In this document: piece after piece, positions 10,360 through 24,467 of the stretch
Numbering within the stretch: position 1 is the stretch's first letter
How the letters are laid out: each line of letters opens with the position of its first letter
Origin: Azolla caroliniana
Taxonomy: Eukaryota; Plantae; Polypodiophyta
Assembly: GCA_043228905.1 (NCBI GenBank)
Contig: JBHGNT010000003.1
Span: 2,046,001 to 2,110,000, forward strand
DNA length: 64,000 nt
Direction: 5' to 3'
Notes under the pieces: model-generated
Told to the model about the DNA's origin: nothing
Databases searched by the model: none
Seen by the model: the letters and a program-made list of their open reading frames with translations, nothing else
Program-made: the position numbers and the translations under genes

Positions 10360-13300
10360 ATGAAAGAATCGTTCGGCGGCATGTTCAAGATCACTGGCTC
10401 CAACTACTCAGTGTGGAAGTTGAAGATGAGGAATATGCTGGTGGTTAAAGATCTTTGGTTTCCTGTTCAGTTCGGGGACAAGAGATTGGACAAGATCGAT
10501 GCCACAGTGTGGGAGGTGATGCACATGAAGACTACGACATACATCCGGTGCTTCATCGACATGAGCCTGTACAACAACTTCAATGAAGAGAGCAAGGCCC
10601 ATGAACTCTGGGTGAAGATCGGCATCATGTTCCAGAACAAGAATGTCGTTAATCGGGTTTCGGTATTCTAGAAGCTAGTGAGGCTCCGGTACTAGGACGA
10701 CTCTAGCATGGCCGAGCACATGAATGCCTTCCAGGGATTGATCCACCAGGAAACCTCGTTGGAAGTACCTCTCGCCGATGAGGTACTCACATTGCTCCTG
10801 CTCGGTTCCCTCCCGGATAGCTGGGAGATGTTGGTTGTCATGTTGGGCAACGCCGGGCCGGCAGGAAAGCAGTTGTCCCTAACAAGGGTAAAATCAAGCT
10901 TGCTAGATGAAGAAGCTCGCCGAAAGGACCGGGAGTCTAGAACCGATATGAAGGCCTTGGTCACAGAAGATGACCACAACCGGGGAAGAGGCCGGTATCA
11001 GAGTTCCCAAAACTGGGACTAATCGGGGACGAGGTCGAAGTCAAGGGGGAGACCCACGTGCTTCTATTGCGGGAAGCTGGGACACTTACAGAAGAACTGT
11101 CGGCATTTCTGGAAAGAAAAGGAAACCGGCACTACCGATTCGAAGAAGAGTTCAAACCGAAATGGTTTGGACCGGATAGGCTAGGATCGGAAGGGAACGT
11201 CAGCAATTACGACAAGTGAAGAGGAACTGATGCTCATTACTGAGGAGAATGAGTTAAACCTTGTCAGAGACGAGACAACGTGGGTTGTCGATTCCGGAGC
11301 GTCATTCCACCTGACACCGGATCGGAAATGCTTCTTATCCTACACAACCGGTGATCATGGCTGTGTCCGGATGGGGAATGAAGGTACATGCCAAATTGTC
11401 AGCATAGGAGATGTGTTGTTGATGACACCAACCGGATGCAAGTTGCTGCTGAAGGATGTCCGTGTCACGGACACACCAAGCGCGGACTAAGATGGAGCAC
11501 GGATGATGAGGCTACGACGGAGCAATGACGGAATGACACAAGAGGATAAAGATAGAGATGAAGATTAAGGAGACAAGATTGGACGAAATGAGAATACTAG
11601 ATTGATATGTCCATGACTGGCGTTGTTCACCTTGAATTCCTTCAAGGTGAACTCAACTATTTATACTAAGTGGCATGCATACCTGTTGCACGCATGTGAT
11701 ACAATAGAGCATGTAGGCAGTAGGTACGCATGCATGTGCCAAGTGTTAATAATACAAGGGAGAAATTATGCACATGATGCTAGCTAAAACCTACAATGAG
11801 GAAGTATATACATGATTATATGCTAGATGTGTGGTTAACACATAACACTCGATTATAACATGGTCATGTCAAGAGTTCGAATCTTGACAGTCCGACACGT
11901 TCCAGAGGTTTGATTGAACCTGATATCAGCCGGTCGGCTAGATGATGAAGGCTACACGGGTAGCATCCGGAACGGAGTCATGAAGTTCTGCAAAGGGAGC
12001 CTAATAGTGGCTCGAGCTCGGAAGGTCAACACACTATACTTGATGAATGCCTGGATATGCTGGGAAGAAGTGAACATAGCATCCGACACTACCGGTGAGC
12101 TGTGGCACAAAAGACTGTGTCACATGAGTGAGAAGGGGATGAAGAGGCTTGATGAAGACAATCTTATTCCGGTGAAGGACGTGCAACTTGAGAAGTGCAC
12201 CGACTGCCTGGCCGGCAAGCAAAACCGAACCTCCTTCTGGTCAAGACCACCGATGAGACGGAATGCACCATTGGAGCTGGTGCATACGGATGTGTGTCAA
12301 GTGGACACAAAGTCACATGCCAGATCGTAGTACGTCGTGACGTTCATAGATGACCACAACCGGAAGCTGTGGGTCTCATCGTTGAAGACGAAAGATCAAG
12401 TGCTATCCGTATTCAAGGAGCTCCACACGAGAGTGGAAAGAGGAACCAACCGGAAGCTGAAGGCGGTTCAAACGGACAACGGAGGAGAATAATGGGGGCA
12501 GTTCGAGGAGTATTGTCGGTCGAAGAGAATCTGGCTCGAATTCACCGTGCCGAAGATGCCAGAATAGAATGGGCTGGCCAAATGGATGAATCAGACCGTG
12601 ATGGAGAGAGTTCAGAGCATGCTGGCATATGCAAAGTTACCCAAGACGTTTTGGGATGAGGCGCTGACGACGACGACCTATGTGATAAACAGATCACCCT
12701 CAGTCCCCTTGGACGGAGACACACCGCGAAGAGTATGGACCGGTAAGGACGTGTCTTACCGGCATTTGAAGGTGTTCAGGTGTCTCGCATATGTGCATGC
12801 AGCAAAGGACAAGAGAGCAAAGCTGGATCCGAAGTCCAGGCCATGCATATTCCTTGGATATAGCAATGATGAGTTCAGTTACCGGGTGTGGGATCTAGTC
12901 GACAAGAAGGTGTTCCGGAGTCGGGACATAGTCTTCATGGAAGACAAGATCATTGTCGATTGGGAGTCGGAGAAGAAGGTGATGAACTCCGGATCATCCA
13001 ACGAAAACCGGCTTGAGGACACAATGACTTACCCGGTTGAAAACCGGATGTTAGCCGGTAACCGGATGTCACTCGACAAACCGGCCAGATACAGACAAGA
13101 AACTGGACCGACCAAAGAAGAAGAAGAAGAAGAAGAAGACACCGGAACCAGACAAGATCCCAAATCGAATTCGGATGAGGAACAAATGAAGGAACCAGTA
13201 GTCAGAAACCAGGGACGGAGATATCCTCCCCGAGAGAGAAGAGCCGCCCGGAGAATTCCAAATGCAGAGCATGTGTCGCTAACCGATGAGGGGGAGCCGG

Positions 13301-14860
13301 AAAGCTTCGAAGATGCAAAGAGAGACACCCACAACCACAAGTGGTTGAGTGCCATGCAGGATGAGATGGATTCCCTGCATGAGAACCACACGTATGAACT
13401 GACGGAGTTGCCGGAAGGGAAGAGAGCACTCCGGAACAAGTAAGTGTACAAGCTGAAACCGGGAGATGCCGGAAATCCACCAAGGTATAAGGCCCGAATC
13501 ATGATGAAGGGCTTCCAACAGAAGAAAGGAGTGGATTTCGATGAGATCTTTCCCCCATAGTAAAGATGACATCCATTCGGACAGTATTGGGCATAGCGGC
13601 AAGCATGGACCTCGAGGTAGAGAAACTAGACGTAAAGACGATGTTCCTCCATGGCGACCTCGAAGAGGAGACATACATGCAACAATCGGAAGGATTTGAG
13701 AAGAAAGGGAAGGAGCACCTGGTGTCCTGGTTGAAGAAGAGCCTATACGGACTGAAGCAAGCTCCCCGACAATGGTACCGGAAGTTCGACTCCTTCATGA
13801 CCGACCAAGGGTACCACAAGACGCAAGCCGATCATTGCGTATTTGTGAAGAAATTTGACAGAGGAGATTTCTTGATACTTCTCCTATATGTGGATGATAT
13901 GTTGATCGTCGGACGAGACCAAGGAAAGATCCAGATGCTGAAGAAGGCTCTGAACCAGACATTCTCAATGAAAGACTTGGGTTCGGCAAGATAGATATTG
14001 GGAATGCACATCATCTGGGACCTATTGAAGAAGCTGTTGTGGTTGTCACAGGAGAAGTACGTGACAGAGGTGCTTCAATGGTTCAAAATGTCGGAGGTGA
14101 AACCGGTCGGATCGACACTTCCAGGAAATTGCAAGTTGTCTAGAAAGCAGAGCCCAAGGAGAAAGGCGGAGAAGACGGATATGATGAAGATACCATATGC
14201 CTCTGTCGTCGGGAACTTGATGTATGCGATGGTGTATACCCAGACGGACATCGGTTACATTGTAGGAGTAGTCAGCCGGTTCATAAGCAATCCCGGAAGA
14301 GAGCACTAGAACACGGTCAAGTGGATACTCTGGTATTTGAAAGACACCTCGAGTATGTGCCTCCGGTTCGGCTCCGGTAATCCCCAACATGACGGATTCA
14401 CCGATTCAGATATGTTGGCTGATGCAGATACCAGCCGGTCTACATTCGGATATATCATGACTTATGCAGGGGGAGTTGTTTCGTGGCAGTCGAGGCTGTA
14501 GAAGACGGTTGCGTTGTCAACCACGGAGGCGGAGTACATGGTAGCTGTGGAAGCCGGCAAGGAGATAATCTAGATGAAGGACTTCATCGAAGAGCTAGGG
14601 ATCCAACATGAGGAATACTGGTTTTACTGTGACAGTCAAAGTGCCATCCACCTTGCAAAAAACGCGGTTTACCATTCTTAGACGAAACATATCCTACGGA
14701 GGTACCACTGGATCCAAGAGAGAGTAGAAGATCAAGAGTTCGTGCTGACAAAGATCCACACGGAGGAGAACGGGTCGGATATGCTGACCAGGGTGCTGAC
14801 AATTGACAAGCTGGACACGTGCCAAAAGCGGATCGGGCTGATGAGACATCCCATGCTGTA
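10360..14860 (+). pseudogene. Copia B gag-pol, fragmented
   Basis: CFYCGKLGHLQKNC, WVVDSGAS, VHTDVC and LLYVDDM motifs spread across ORFs broken by many stops. Confidence 0.92.
11463..11889. mobile_element. Solo LTR (427 bp) inside copia B
   Basis: TGTCA..TGACA termini, 5-bp TSD GTCCG (11458-11462 / 11890-11894). Removing it restores LKDVRHVPEV. Confidence 0.88.
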
Positions 14861-14874
14861 GTGAAGGGGGAGAT

Positions 14875-15173
14875 TGTTGGGAAATCGGTCCCTTCGGATG
14901 GGGTCCTCTTATGAATGAAGTGGACCCGGTGAGAACCAGATGGACCTGGTGAGAACCGGAAGAGATCCGGAAACCAGATTGGACTGAAAACTGGATCGGA
15001 TAGACCCGATGAGAACCGGATGAGAAGACATATTTGTAAATATGTTTTGAGTAAGCCTATTGAGGCTATGTTTGTAAATAGACCTAAGTTCATATTAGTA
15101 TAAATATGACTTAGGGCAATCACTTTGGGTGGTTGTTGTCATATTGTTGTATGTATAATTGTTGTATAGTAAG

Positions 15174-15247
<74 letters not shown>

Positions 15248-15529
15248 TTTTTTGTTGTAACCGTAGCTTGGCGAAGAAATAGAGCTTGAGGTCGTTGCCT
15301 CCGAGTCTCTGATTGTACCTTTCTCATATAGTGATAGTTCGGAGTCTGTGGGCTCCTGTGGTTTTTCCCTATTAGGGTTTTCCACATAAACATCCTGTGT
15401 ACTCTCTATCGTTGTGTGTGTGTGTGTGTACGTGCGTTCACTCCCTACTTCCCATTACTGTGTTTGATTCTCGTTGGAAGTGTTCAAGACTCGGTTGTGG
15501 CCGAGCTATATTCCGCACTATTCTTTTCA
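14875..15529 (+). repeat. 3' LTR of copia B (655 bp) with (GA)n tract
   Basis: TG..CA ends, follows PPT, 3' end matches 10187-10330. Confidence 0.92.
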
Positions 15530-16539
15530 GAATGTTGATGTTGTGGCCCAACACTGTGTTGTTGCCAAATAATACTCAATGTTTTATGTTCTATGATCAT
15601 CATTTCGTTTAAGGTTGCAATACCACGTTGCTATAAAAATCTCAATAGTTAGAAGGTACATGAGGAATGTTGATATAATAGTGATTCAACATTTGGTAAA
15701 TGTTGATGGTTGAATCACTACTTCATGTGCAATGTTGCAAACTCAATTGCCAATGCTATGGTAACAAGTGTCAACCTCAACAATTTCAAGGTATATGATG
15801 GATGTTGAAACTGCAATCCAACATTTGACATTGTGGTGTTGTTGAAATAAAAGTATAGTGAGTCCATCTACATGTGCACATCAACATTGGGTTAGCGATT
15901 GTAGGTATTAAAACCAAAATCTTGATGTGGTACAAATTTCAGAGCCTTAAACAAACTAGGATAGTCCCCACGACACCAAGCAAGGGTCATAGAAAAGACT
16001 CAAAAGTGATGACATGGTAGGTTTTGTATGTTGCCTCTTTGAAGCCTCTCAAATAAACATCAAAGTAAACCAATTTAGTAATTGGACACAAACCCTTCGA
16101 GCTATAATAAAAAATAATGATTAATGAGCTACGTGGTGAACTTGTAATTTAATTTTAGTACTCATTGTGTGTGTGTGGAATAAATATATGTACAACATAG
16201 ATAATTAAAGAGAGTTTAAACCGAATGGCCTTCACAAACTTGGGAAGGTAATAGTACGCTAATATGCATTAAATGAATACATTGAAAAACATGGTATGGA
16301 AAGTCTTTTTGATGTGTTTCTAGATGCATCTTCAAAGTTCTTGCCATATATTTGGGGGAGATTTTCATCTAAGTTTTACTTCAGTTTTGAGTCTCATGAC
16401 ATAAAAATGAATAATGTCCTCTTTCCTCTATAAGGTATGTATGCACGATCACATTAATTTTGAGTTCTTAACTTTGAATTAACATATTTTTCTTCACTTT
16501 CTCTTTCAAATTGTACAAGTACATTAAATAAAGAGAAAT

Positions 16540-17235
16540 AATCAGATGGGTGGAATAGTGGATCCACCCTATCTCGCATTGATCGTATCTATGTACGCAA
16601 GGCACTAGAAGCGAAGGGCACAACTTTCTCCGACCACTACTCGGTAATCGGTCATTTTTAATTGCACAATGCACCGAAAGAGGGGCTCATTTAAGCCTTG
16701 AATCCCGCACATTATTTACATAGTTAAAGAGGTGAAGGAACAACTCACCACCCAATGGTCATTGCCTGTCAATGACTCATCAACATCCGACAAACTTCTA
16801 GTTAAACTAACAAGAGCTTCAAATATATTACACGAGATCATCAAAACCAAAAGTAAGGACGGTCATGAAAAGAGACAGAGGATAAAGTTTGGACTAATAG
16901 CCTTACGAAGACTCCAATAGAGATACTCGTCATGCAATTAGATTGCAGGACAGGTTGACATGGCCAAACAAGAGCTCATCATGACAAAAAAGGCAATCTA
17001 TGAATGGAGTTTCATGGAAGCATGGCTTGTTGGATTCGAGTCGGGGACAAGACCACGAAGAAATTCTTCCGATCCAAGGGACCGAGGCATGCTAGAACAA
17101 TGATGCGCAACCTCAACCGAGAGGATGGAATGACCACTGAGGATGGCGCAGAAATATTGCCACAACCTACTTACCGAAGATAGTATGGCCACAGGGGAAG
17201 ACACAAGAGAAGATATTATCTTCCAGAGTATACCC
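16540..17235 (+). pseudogene. L1/Tx1-type LINE ORF2 fragment (endonuclease C-terminus plus linker)
   Basis: Manual translation gives SRIDRIYV..SDH from 16572 and WIRVGDKTTKKFF at ~17031-17069. Confidence 0.75.
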
Positions 17236-17936
17236 TTGATGGGAATATGGCGTCAGGCCCGGTTCAGATATAGGTTTACGTGCTCGTGTGCTCCGAAAAA
17301 GGTCCCCAGCAACCGAGCTAGGTGGGACACAACAAGCTTAGTGGCCTCTCTTCCTCCTACTCCTTAGTCAAAGACCCCCTGTGGTCTTGCCCGATCCGAC
17401 ACCTGCACGTGGATATCCGTGAAATCTTTGGTGAATTCGATGTGAAAGGGCAGGAAAGGAGCTTCAGAATGAGCAGGTGTGAGCTTGCAAAAGCAATGGC
17501 GGTTGTCGTGGGCCACCTTGTGAACGCTCGAGAGAGTTCAACGGGGCTCAGTAGAGCCATTGAAACAATAATCGGCACAACAGGCCGATTTAACGGGAAG
17601 GACGTCACAAATTATCTGGAGGCCTTCAAGGCTGAAATGTTGATGAGAGACATCCCGGACGACAAATGGTTGTCCGTGTTTCCTTGAGTCGTCACGCCGA
17701 GTCTCCACGTTGAGGTGCTCGAGGTACAAGCCGATTGCCGCAACTGTCAGAATTCGAGGACCGGCTCCTCGAATGATATCGCCTAGACGATTCACTCCAA
17801 ATGTTCGACCGACTAGTGGTCAAGCTCTCCCTCATGACGGCATACAATCTGAAGGCAAACAGAAAGGTCGAGCGCGGGCATGGTCCGATCATAAGAGCTT
17901 GCGACGGACAAGTGAGGAATTGGCCGAGACTCCTAT

Positions 17937-18084
17937 TGTGACGGGCATGACCATATAATATCCCGTGGTGAGAATGTACCGTAGTATTCTATACACATGG
18001 ATAAAGTGTGAGGGTTAAAGGAGAGTGTAACGATTACTACGGTACATTCTCACCACGGGATATTATATGGTCATGCCCGTAACA
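17937..18084. mobile_element. 148-bp foldback/MITE with 50-bp terminal inverted repeats
   Basis: Arms 17937-17986 and 18035-18084 are reverse complements with one mismatch. TGT..ACA ends. TSD CCTAT/CCTAC. Removing it restores integrase RLLPYALW. Confidence 0.9.
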
Positions 18085-21000
18085 CCTACCATATGCATTG
18101 TGGGCAGACCGAACTACGCACAGTTCGGTAACAAGGTACATGCTGGCCGAGCTCATGTTCGAACAAAAGCCAATCATGCCGGTGGAACGAACGATCACAT
18201 CATAGATGGCAGTCGACTGGGTAGACGAGATGAGTTGGGAGGAGCTGTTGGCCGCGAGTATTCGACAACTCGAGAGGCTTTAAGATATCATTAAAGGAGG
18301 GGATAAAGTGTGTGAAGGGAGAAAATTGAGGGGAGGATCACTGACAAAAAATGGCTGTCATGAATGTTGATGTAATCGACCCTCATTGAGCTATAAAAGG
18401 AGGGAAGAAAGACCGTTTTTGGGGTATCCATCGTTTTGGAGGAGGAGAAGACATTGTCGGTTTGACCTCTCGAGTGGTTGTTTCCTATTATGAGTTTCCG
18501 GTTTTCTGTTCCGCTCACTTGGTTAGGGACGGTGAGGTCTCTGCTCGCGTAGGAAGACTGTGCGCTCCTGACCAGAGAATTACCCGTGTATGTGTGTGTT
18601 GTTGAGAAACAAGCTCAACAAAAGCATATGGTGCATATTGGTAAGTGAGATCTTCTATAGTAGCTATTGGGAAATTAGCTACTATTAGGTATGTAGGTAA
18701 AACAACTATTTAGCTAGTCACAGCTAATTAGCTGCATATGTAAGTCACTTATATACTTAGGTAAAAAAGTATTAGAGAATGTAGTTGTAAGAGAAGATTG
18801 ACAAGAGAGGTTTCTCTGCGTGTAATGAAATAGAAGCATTTGGGTTGCTACAGAGGTAAGTCTCCTTCCCCCTTCCTTTTCTTTCTTGAGGACACTAAAC
18901 GATCTAGGACATCAAGATCCATTGTACACAAAGAAGAGCCGAAGCACCTTCATAACATGGTATTAGAGTAGAGTTGCTCATATAGAGGAACAATACAAAT
19001 CTGAGAAGTTTGGTTATGGTTGCTGGTCTGAATCAGAGAGTTGTCTGTGAAGTTAATCGTAGCAAAAGCCCTAATTTGTAAGAGAGAATGGAAACCAAAT
19101 AGTCACAGAAAAGTTGGACAAAAACAATTTCCCTACGTGGAAATTCAGAATGAAAAATTTCCTGATGGGAAAAGGATATTGGGATTACATTGAAGGAGAC
19201 CTAGAAGAGGCTCTAGAGATCCCTGAAGAAAATGCAATTACTGCACAGATTAAAGCATTTCAGGAATGGAATCAAGGGGCAAGGAAAGTATTGCATTGGC
19301 TGTCACTTAGCATCTCAGATTCGATGCTTGGACACATACAAGATGCTTTGCTTCCAAAAGAAACTTGGGACAGTTTGGTAAAACTGTTTGCAGTAAACAC
19401 AAAGGCTAGAAAGCTTCAGTTGAAGACTGAGCTAAATACCTTGGAGAAAGGTAAGATGTTAGTTAATGAATATGCTCTGAAAATAAAGAGCATATGTGAG
19501 TTACTTACTTCTATTAATGTAAAGGTAGAAGATGATGATAAGGTGGAATTATGCTTAAGAGGCTTAGGACCTCAATATAAAAGCTTCAAAACATCTATTC
19601 TCACAAGGGATAACATCCTAAGTTTTCCAAATCTAGTTTCAATGCTTGTAGTGGAAGAAAGAAATCAAATGGAGGATGTAAACAAAGGAAACTTTGAGAC
19701 TGAGGGGCAAGCCCTCTACAATAGTGCTGGAAGAGGCCGTGGAATAGGCCATGGAAGATTTGGTTCAACTAGAACCAACAACAATTATCAAGGAAGAGGA
19801 CAACAAGCTACAAGTGGAAGAAACAACATCAAAGGCAGGGGGAGCAATCAAGGCAGAGGTAAGCAAACTTATTTGAATGATGATGGCTGATGGTATTGTG
19901 GAAAACTAGGCCATACACAGGCTGAATGCTATAAAAAGCAAAATGATGAAAAAAGAGGGATCCAGAGACATCAAAATAATTATGCTTCAACTAGTGAAGA
20001 TTGTGATAAAGATGGTGCATTTGTGATGCAACATGAAACAACAAAAATGGCTGAATGTATACAGAGATGTAATGAAGGTTTTATGTGGTATGTAGATTCT
20101 AGGGCATCTAATCATATGACATTACATGCAAATTGGTTTGAAAGTTTAAGAGAACAAGAGATTCCTGGTTATGTACTAACCGGTGATAACACCACTCATA
20201 CAATCGAGCATGTTGGAGATATCTCATTGTGGGAAGAAAAAGGAAAAACAAAGTATATGCTAAATGTTATGCATGTGCCAAACCTTGCAAACAATCTTAT
20301 TTCTGTTGGACATATAGTAGAGCAATGAATGCAAGTTAAGTTTAAGCAAAGTGGATGCTTTATAGAGAAATAGGGAAAGCTTATCGCAAAAGGAAAACGA
20401 CAAGGAAGGATGTTTGTGTTAGATGTGGATATGCCTAAAAAGATTACAACCATGTTTGCAGAAGGAATGAATGTAATCTCAGATGTGGAGATGTGACATA
20501 AAAGAATCGGTCACATAAGTATGCAAACCTTGAAAAACATGTTGAGGAAAAATGCGGTGGCTGGACTGCCTAAGTTAAAAGATTGTGAGATGAGCAAAAT
20601 ATGCGAAGCATGCCAATATGGAAAGCAAAATAGGTTACCTTTCCCTCATGAAATACATGTAAGAAAAAATTTGTTAGATTTGGTACATACAGATGTATGG
20701 GGGCCAACAAAAAATGCATCAATTAGTGGATGTAAGTTTTATGTAACATTTATTGATGATTGCTCAAGGAAAACATGGGTATATTTCAAGAAAGAGAAAA
20801 GTGAAGTATTTGATTGCTTCCGTAAGTTTAAATGCATGGTGGAAAAGTAGGCTAGAACTAGAATCAAGTGTTTAAGATATGATGGAGGAGGAGAATATTT
20901 CTCAAATGAAATTTCTGATTTTCTATGTAATCAAGGAATAAGGAGACAATTTACATGTAGATATACTCCATAGCAAAATGGAGTTGCTAAGAGAAAAAAC

Positions 21001-21815
21001 AGAACTCTGGTGAACATAGCAAGCGCCATGATGACTGAAAAAAATATGCCATTGTATTACTGGGTTGAAGCTGTAAACACAACAAACTTTATTCTAAATA
21101 GATGTATAACATCTGGAGTACATGAAGTAACTCCTGAAGAATGTTTCTATGGAAGGAAACCTAGTTTAGGACACTTAAAAAGTATTTGGATGCCTTGCCT
21201 ATGTCCATGTACCTGTTGAAGTAAGAAGCAAGCTTGATCCAAAAGTTGAAAAATGTGTTCTTGTTGGATATTCAGAGGAGCAAAAAGGGTATAGATGCTA
21301 TAACTTGTTGACAAAAAGGATTGTAGTGAGCCGTGATGTAATATTTGATGAGTTGGGTAGCTGGTACAACCCAAAAGAAAATGTAGAAACTGATGAAGAC
21401 TATGAAAATGAAGACAGTCCAACAAATCTGAAAATGGAAGTGATAACCATAGAGATGGAAATAATGTTGGACAACAAAGTTCAACATCAATAGAATGTTC
21501 TGGACCATCTAAAAACTCTGCTAGTAAATTTGATTTAAATGCATGGAGTGGAAAAAATGCAGGACACAAAAAATATGATGATAGAAAGGGAAAACAGAAG
21601 ATGCAAGAATATGAAATGCTTGATGATGGGTCTAGAAACATGAAAGATGTAGATTCAGATACATCATTGGATGATGAGCTTGGTAATCCCTAGTATGGAT
21701 AAGGCAATGAAAGATGCAAATCAGAAATCGAGAAGATTAGATAGAGAGAAAAAAATTGTTGAATGATTTGGTTATGATACATACATGGCTATGCATTATG
21801 CATACATGTGTAAAG

Positions 21816-22319
21816 TGTTAGGAAACAGGTCCCTCCGGATGGGAAGTTGAGAAGAACCGTATTGATGAGCAACTCGGCCGAGGCCGAAATCGGACATCGT
21901 GGAGATAGCCAACCCGGAAGGCTAAACTTGTAAATAGTCGAAAGGTTACATTAGTATATAAGCACTTACAACAATCATGTTAGTGTGTGCGTTATTGTAA
22001 AGTTACTATTGACGAGGTTGTTGCCTCTGTAACTATGAGAGTGAACGAGTGTGAGTGGAAGCGCGTGAGCTCCATAGCCGCCTGTTGGCGAAGTAGGATC
22101 TCGAGGTCGTTTCCTCTGAGATCTCTGATTGTATTCCTTTCTCTCATAGTGTTTTGTTTTGGAGTTTGTGAACTCCACGTGGTTTTTTCCCAGTTCGGGT
22201 TTTCCACGTTAAAATCTGTGTCATTCTCAGTTTCTGTATTCTGTTTTTTCCTTTCCATTAGATTGACTATTATTCCGCACACGAGCAACCGGTTGTGGCC
22301 GGCAACGATTTAAACTTCA
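21816..22319 (+). mobile_element. Solo LTR L (504 bp) inside copia J
   Basis: TGTT..TTCA ends, perfect 5-bp TSD TAAAG (21811-21815 / 22320-22324), TATATAA at ~21955. Confidence 0.9.
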
Positions 22320-24467
22320 TAAAGTGGTACAAATCCCTGATCCAAATAATTTTGATGAAGCAAAATCTGATAAGAAATGGGTGAATGCAATGCAAGAAGA
22401 AATAGATGCATTGGCTGAAAACAGAACATGGAATTTGGTAAAGTTACCGAAAGGAAAAAATGTTGTAGGTTGCAAATGGGTCTACAAAACAAAGCATGAT
22501 TCCAATGGGAATGTAAGTAGACATAAAGCAAGACTTGTGACAAAGGGATATGCCCAGATGCAAGGAATTGATTATGATGAAACATTTGCACCGGTTGCAA
22601 AAATGGCAACCTTGAGGACACTACTTGATGTAAGTGCAGCCAAAAGATGGGTTCTGCACCATATAGATGTAAAAAATATTTTTTTACATGGTAACTTGGA
22701 AGAATAAGTGTATATGTGTCAACCACCAGGTTTTGAAGATAAGAAGCATCCATAATATGTTTGTAAGCTGAAAAAGGCTCTCTATGGACTGAAACAAGCA
22801 CCGAGAGCATGGCATAAAGAACTTTCAGAATCTCTGAAAAAAATTGCCTTCAAAAGGTCAAAAGTTGATCCTTCATTGTATGTAAAGAAGGTAAATGATT
22901 GCATTGTTGTTATCTTGATATATCTACATGATTTAATCATTGGAGGTGATTCTATGGATGAAATAAGGAAGCTAAAGAAAAATCTTGAAATGCAATTTCA
23001 TATGAAAGATCTAGGAGAGTTGAGATACTTTCTTGGTATTGAGATGATCATATCTAAAAGTGGTATATATGTGTTGTAAAAACAGTATATAACAACTATG
23101 TTGAAGAAGTATGGTATGCTTGGATGCAAATCTATTGATGTACCACAAGATTAGAATTGCAAATTGAGGGCTGATTTGGGAGCCACAATAGAAGATGTAA
23201 ACATGTACAGGTCTATGGTGGGAAACCTCATATATTTGACTATAACAAGACCTGATTTGAGTTATGCTATTCGATTAGTCAATCAGTTTATGCAATAGCC
23301 AACAAAGTCGCATTTGGACTGCATTAGAAAAATCTTGAGGTATGTAAAAGCTACTCAGAACTATGGACTGTTTTACAAGGCTGATCTGGACATAAAGCTG
23401 AAAGGATATACAGATGTTGATGGGGTTGGAAGCCAAACTGATAGAAGATCCACAAGTGGATATATTTTTACATTGGGAAGTGCAACTATTTCATTGAGTA
23501 GCAAGAAACAAGCTATTTTGCATTATCAAGTACTGAAGCTAAATATAGAGGAGCTGCAATAGCCACTTGTAAAGAGGTATGGATCAGAAGATTGCTTGCT
23601 AATTTGGGAGAATATATAGATGGTATAGTCACAATTTGGTGTGACAATATGAGCAACATTCAACTCGCAAAAAACCTAGTGTTCCATGCAAGAACAAAGC
23701 ACATTGAAGTGCATTATCACTTTGTTAGGGAAAACGTGATTGATGGAGAAGTGGATCTTCTGTATGTAAGCACAAATCAGCAAGTTGTTGATATTCTTAC
23801 AAAGGGATTGAGCATGGAAAAACATAAACAGTTCATGGACATAATGGGAGTTATTGTTGAGAATCGATTTGTAAAACCACAAGATCAAACGATGTTGAAA
23901 ATACACTACATAGGCACACAACGACACAGTACATAGAGATTTATGTGGAAACCCTAAAAAACGGGAGAGCAGAAACTTCACTATACAGTGGATGTAGAAG
24001 GCAGAGATTACAACACTCTGATTATGAGTGTATCACCCACACAGGGTTCTTGGCATCTGCTGTTACACACACAACTATGGTGCCTCTCTCTCTCTCTCTC
24101 TCTCTTTATCTTTCTCTCGTGTCTCTCTTACGCACACTTCTATTGTCGTCACTACTATATTTTTCCCTAGATGTATATATATATACTAATACATCGTGTG
24201 GGATATTTACAATTGTAGCCACTACTACATATCATTTCTATTATTATTACTATAATAATAATAATAATAATAATAATATGTTTAAAGAATCGACTCTCTG
24301 TTGTCGACTCTTCCGAACAGTCGGCTATTTCCGAACAGTCGGTCCCTTCGACTCTTCGACTGTTGGCTACTTCCGAACAATTGGTTCCTCCCACTGGAGG
24401 GACATATTCCCAACAAACTCCCCCTTCACTCCTGTGGGAGGGAGTCAATCAATCTTGTCTTCTGTTG

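Larger units (their letters stand above)
10187..15529 (+). mobile_element. Ty1/copia element B, degenerate (5' LTR interrupted by gypsy A)
   Basis: 5' LTR remnant 10187-10330 matches ~15384-15529. PBS TGGTATCAGAGC 10334-10345. PPT 14861-14874. 3' LTR 14875-15529. Confidence 0.94.

Noticed and set aside
15530-16540. AT-rich interval with scattered TGTTG motifs
   Set aside because: No ORF, termini or TSD that I could support.
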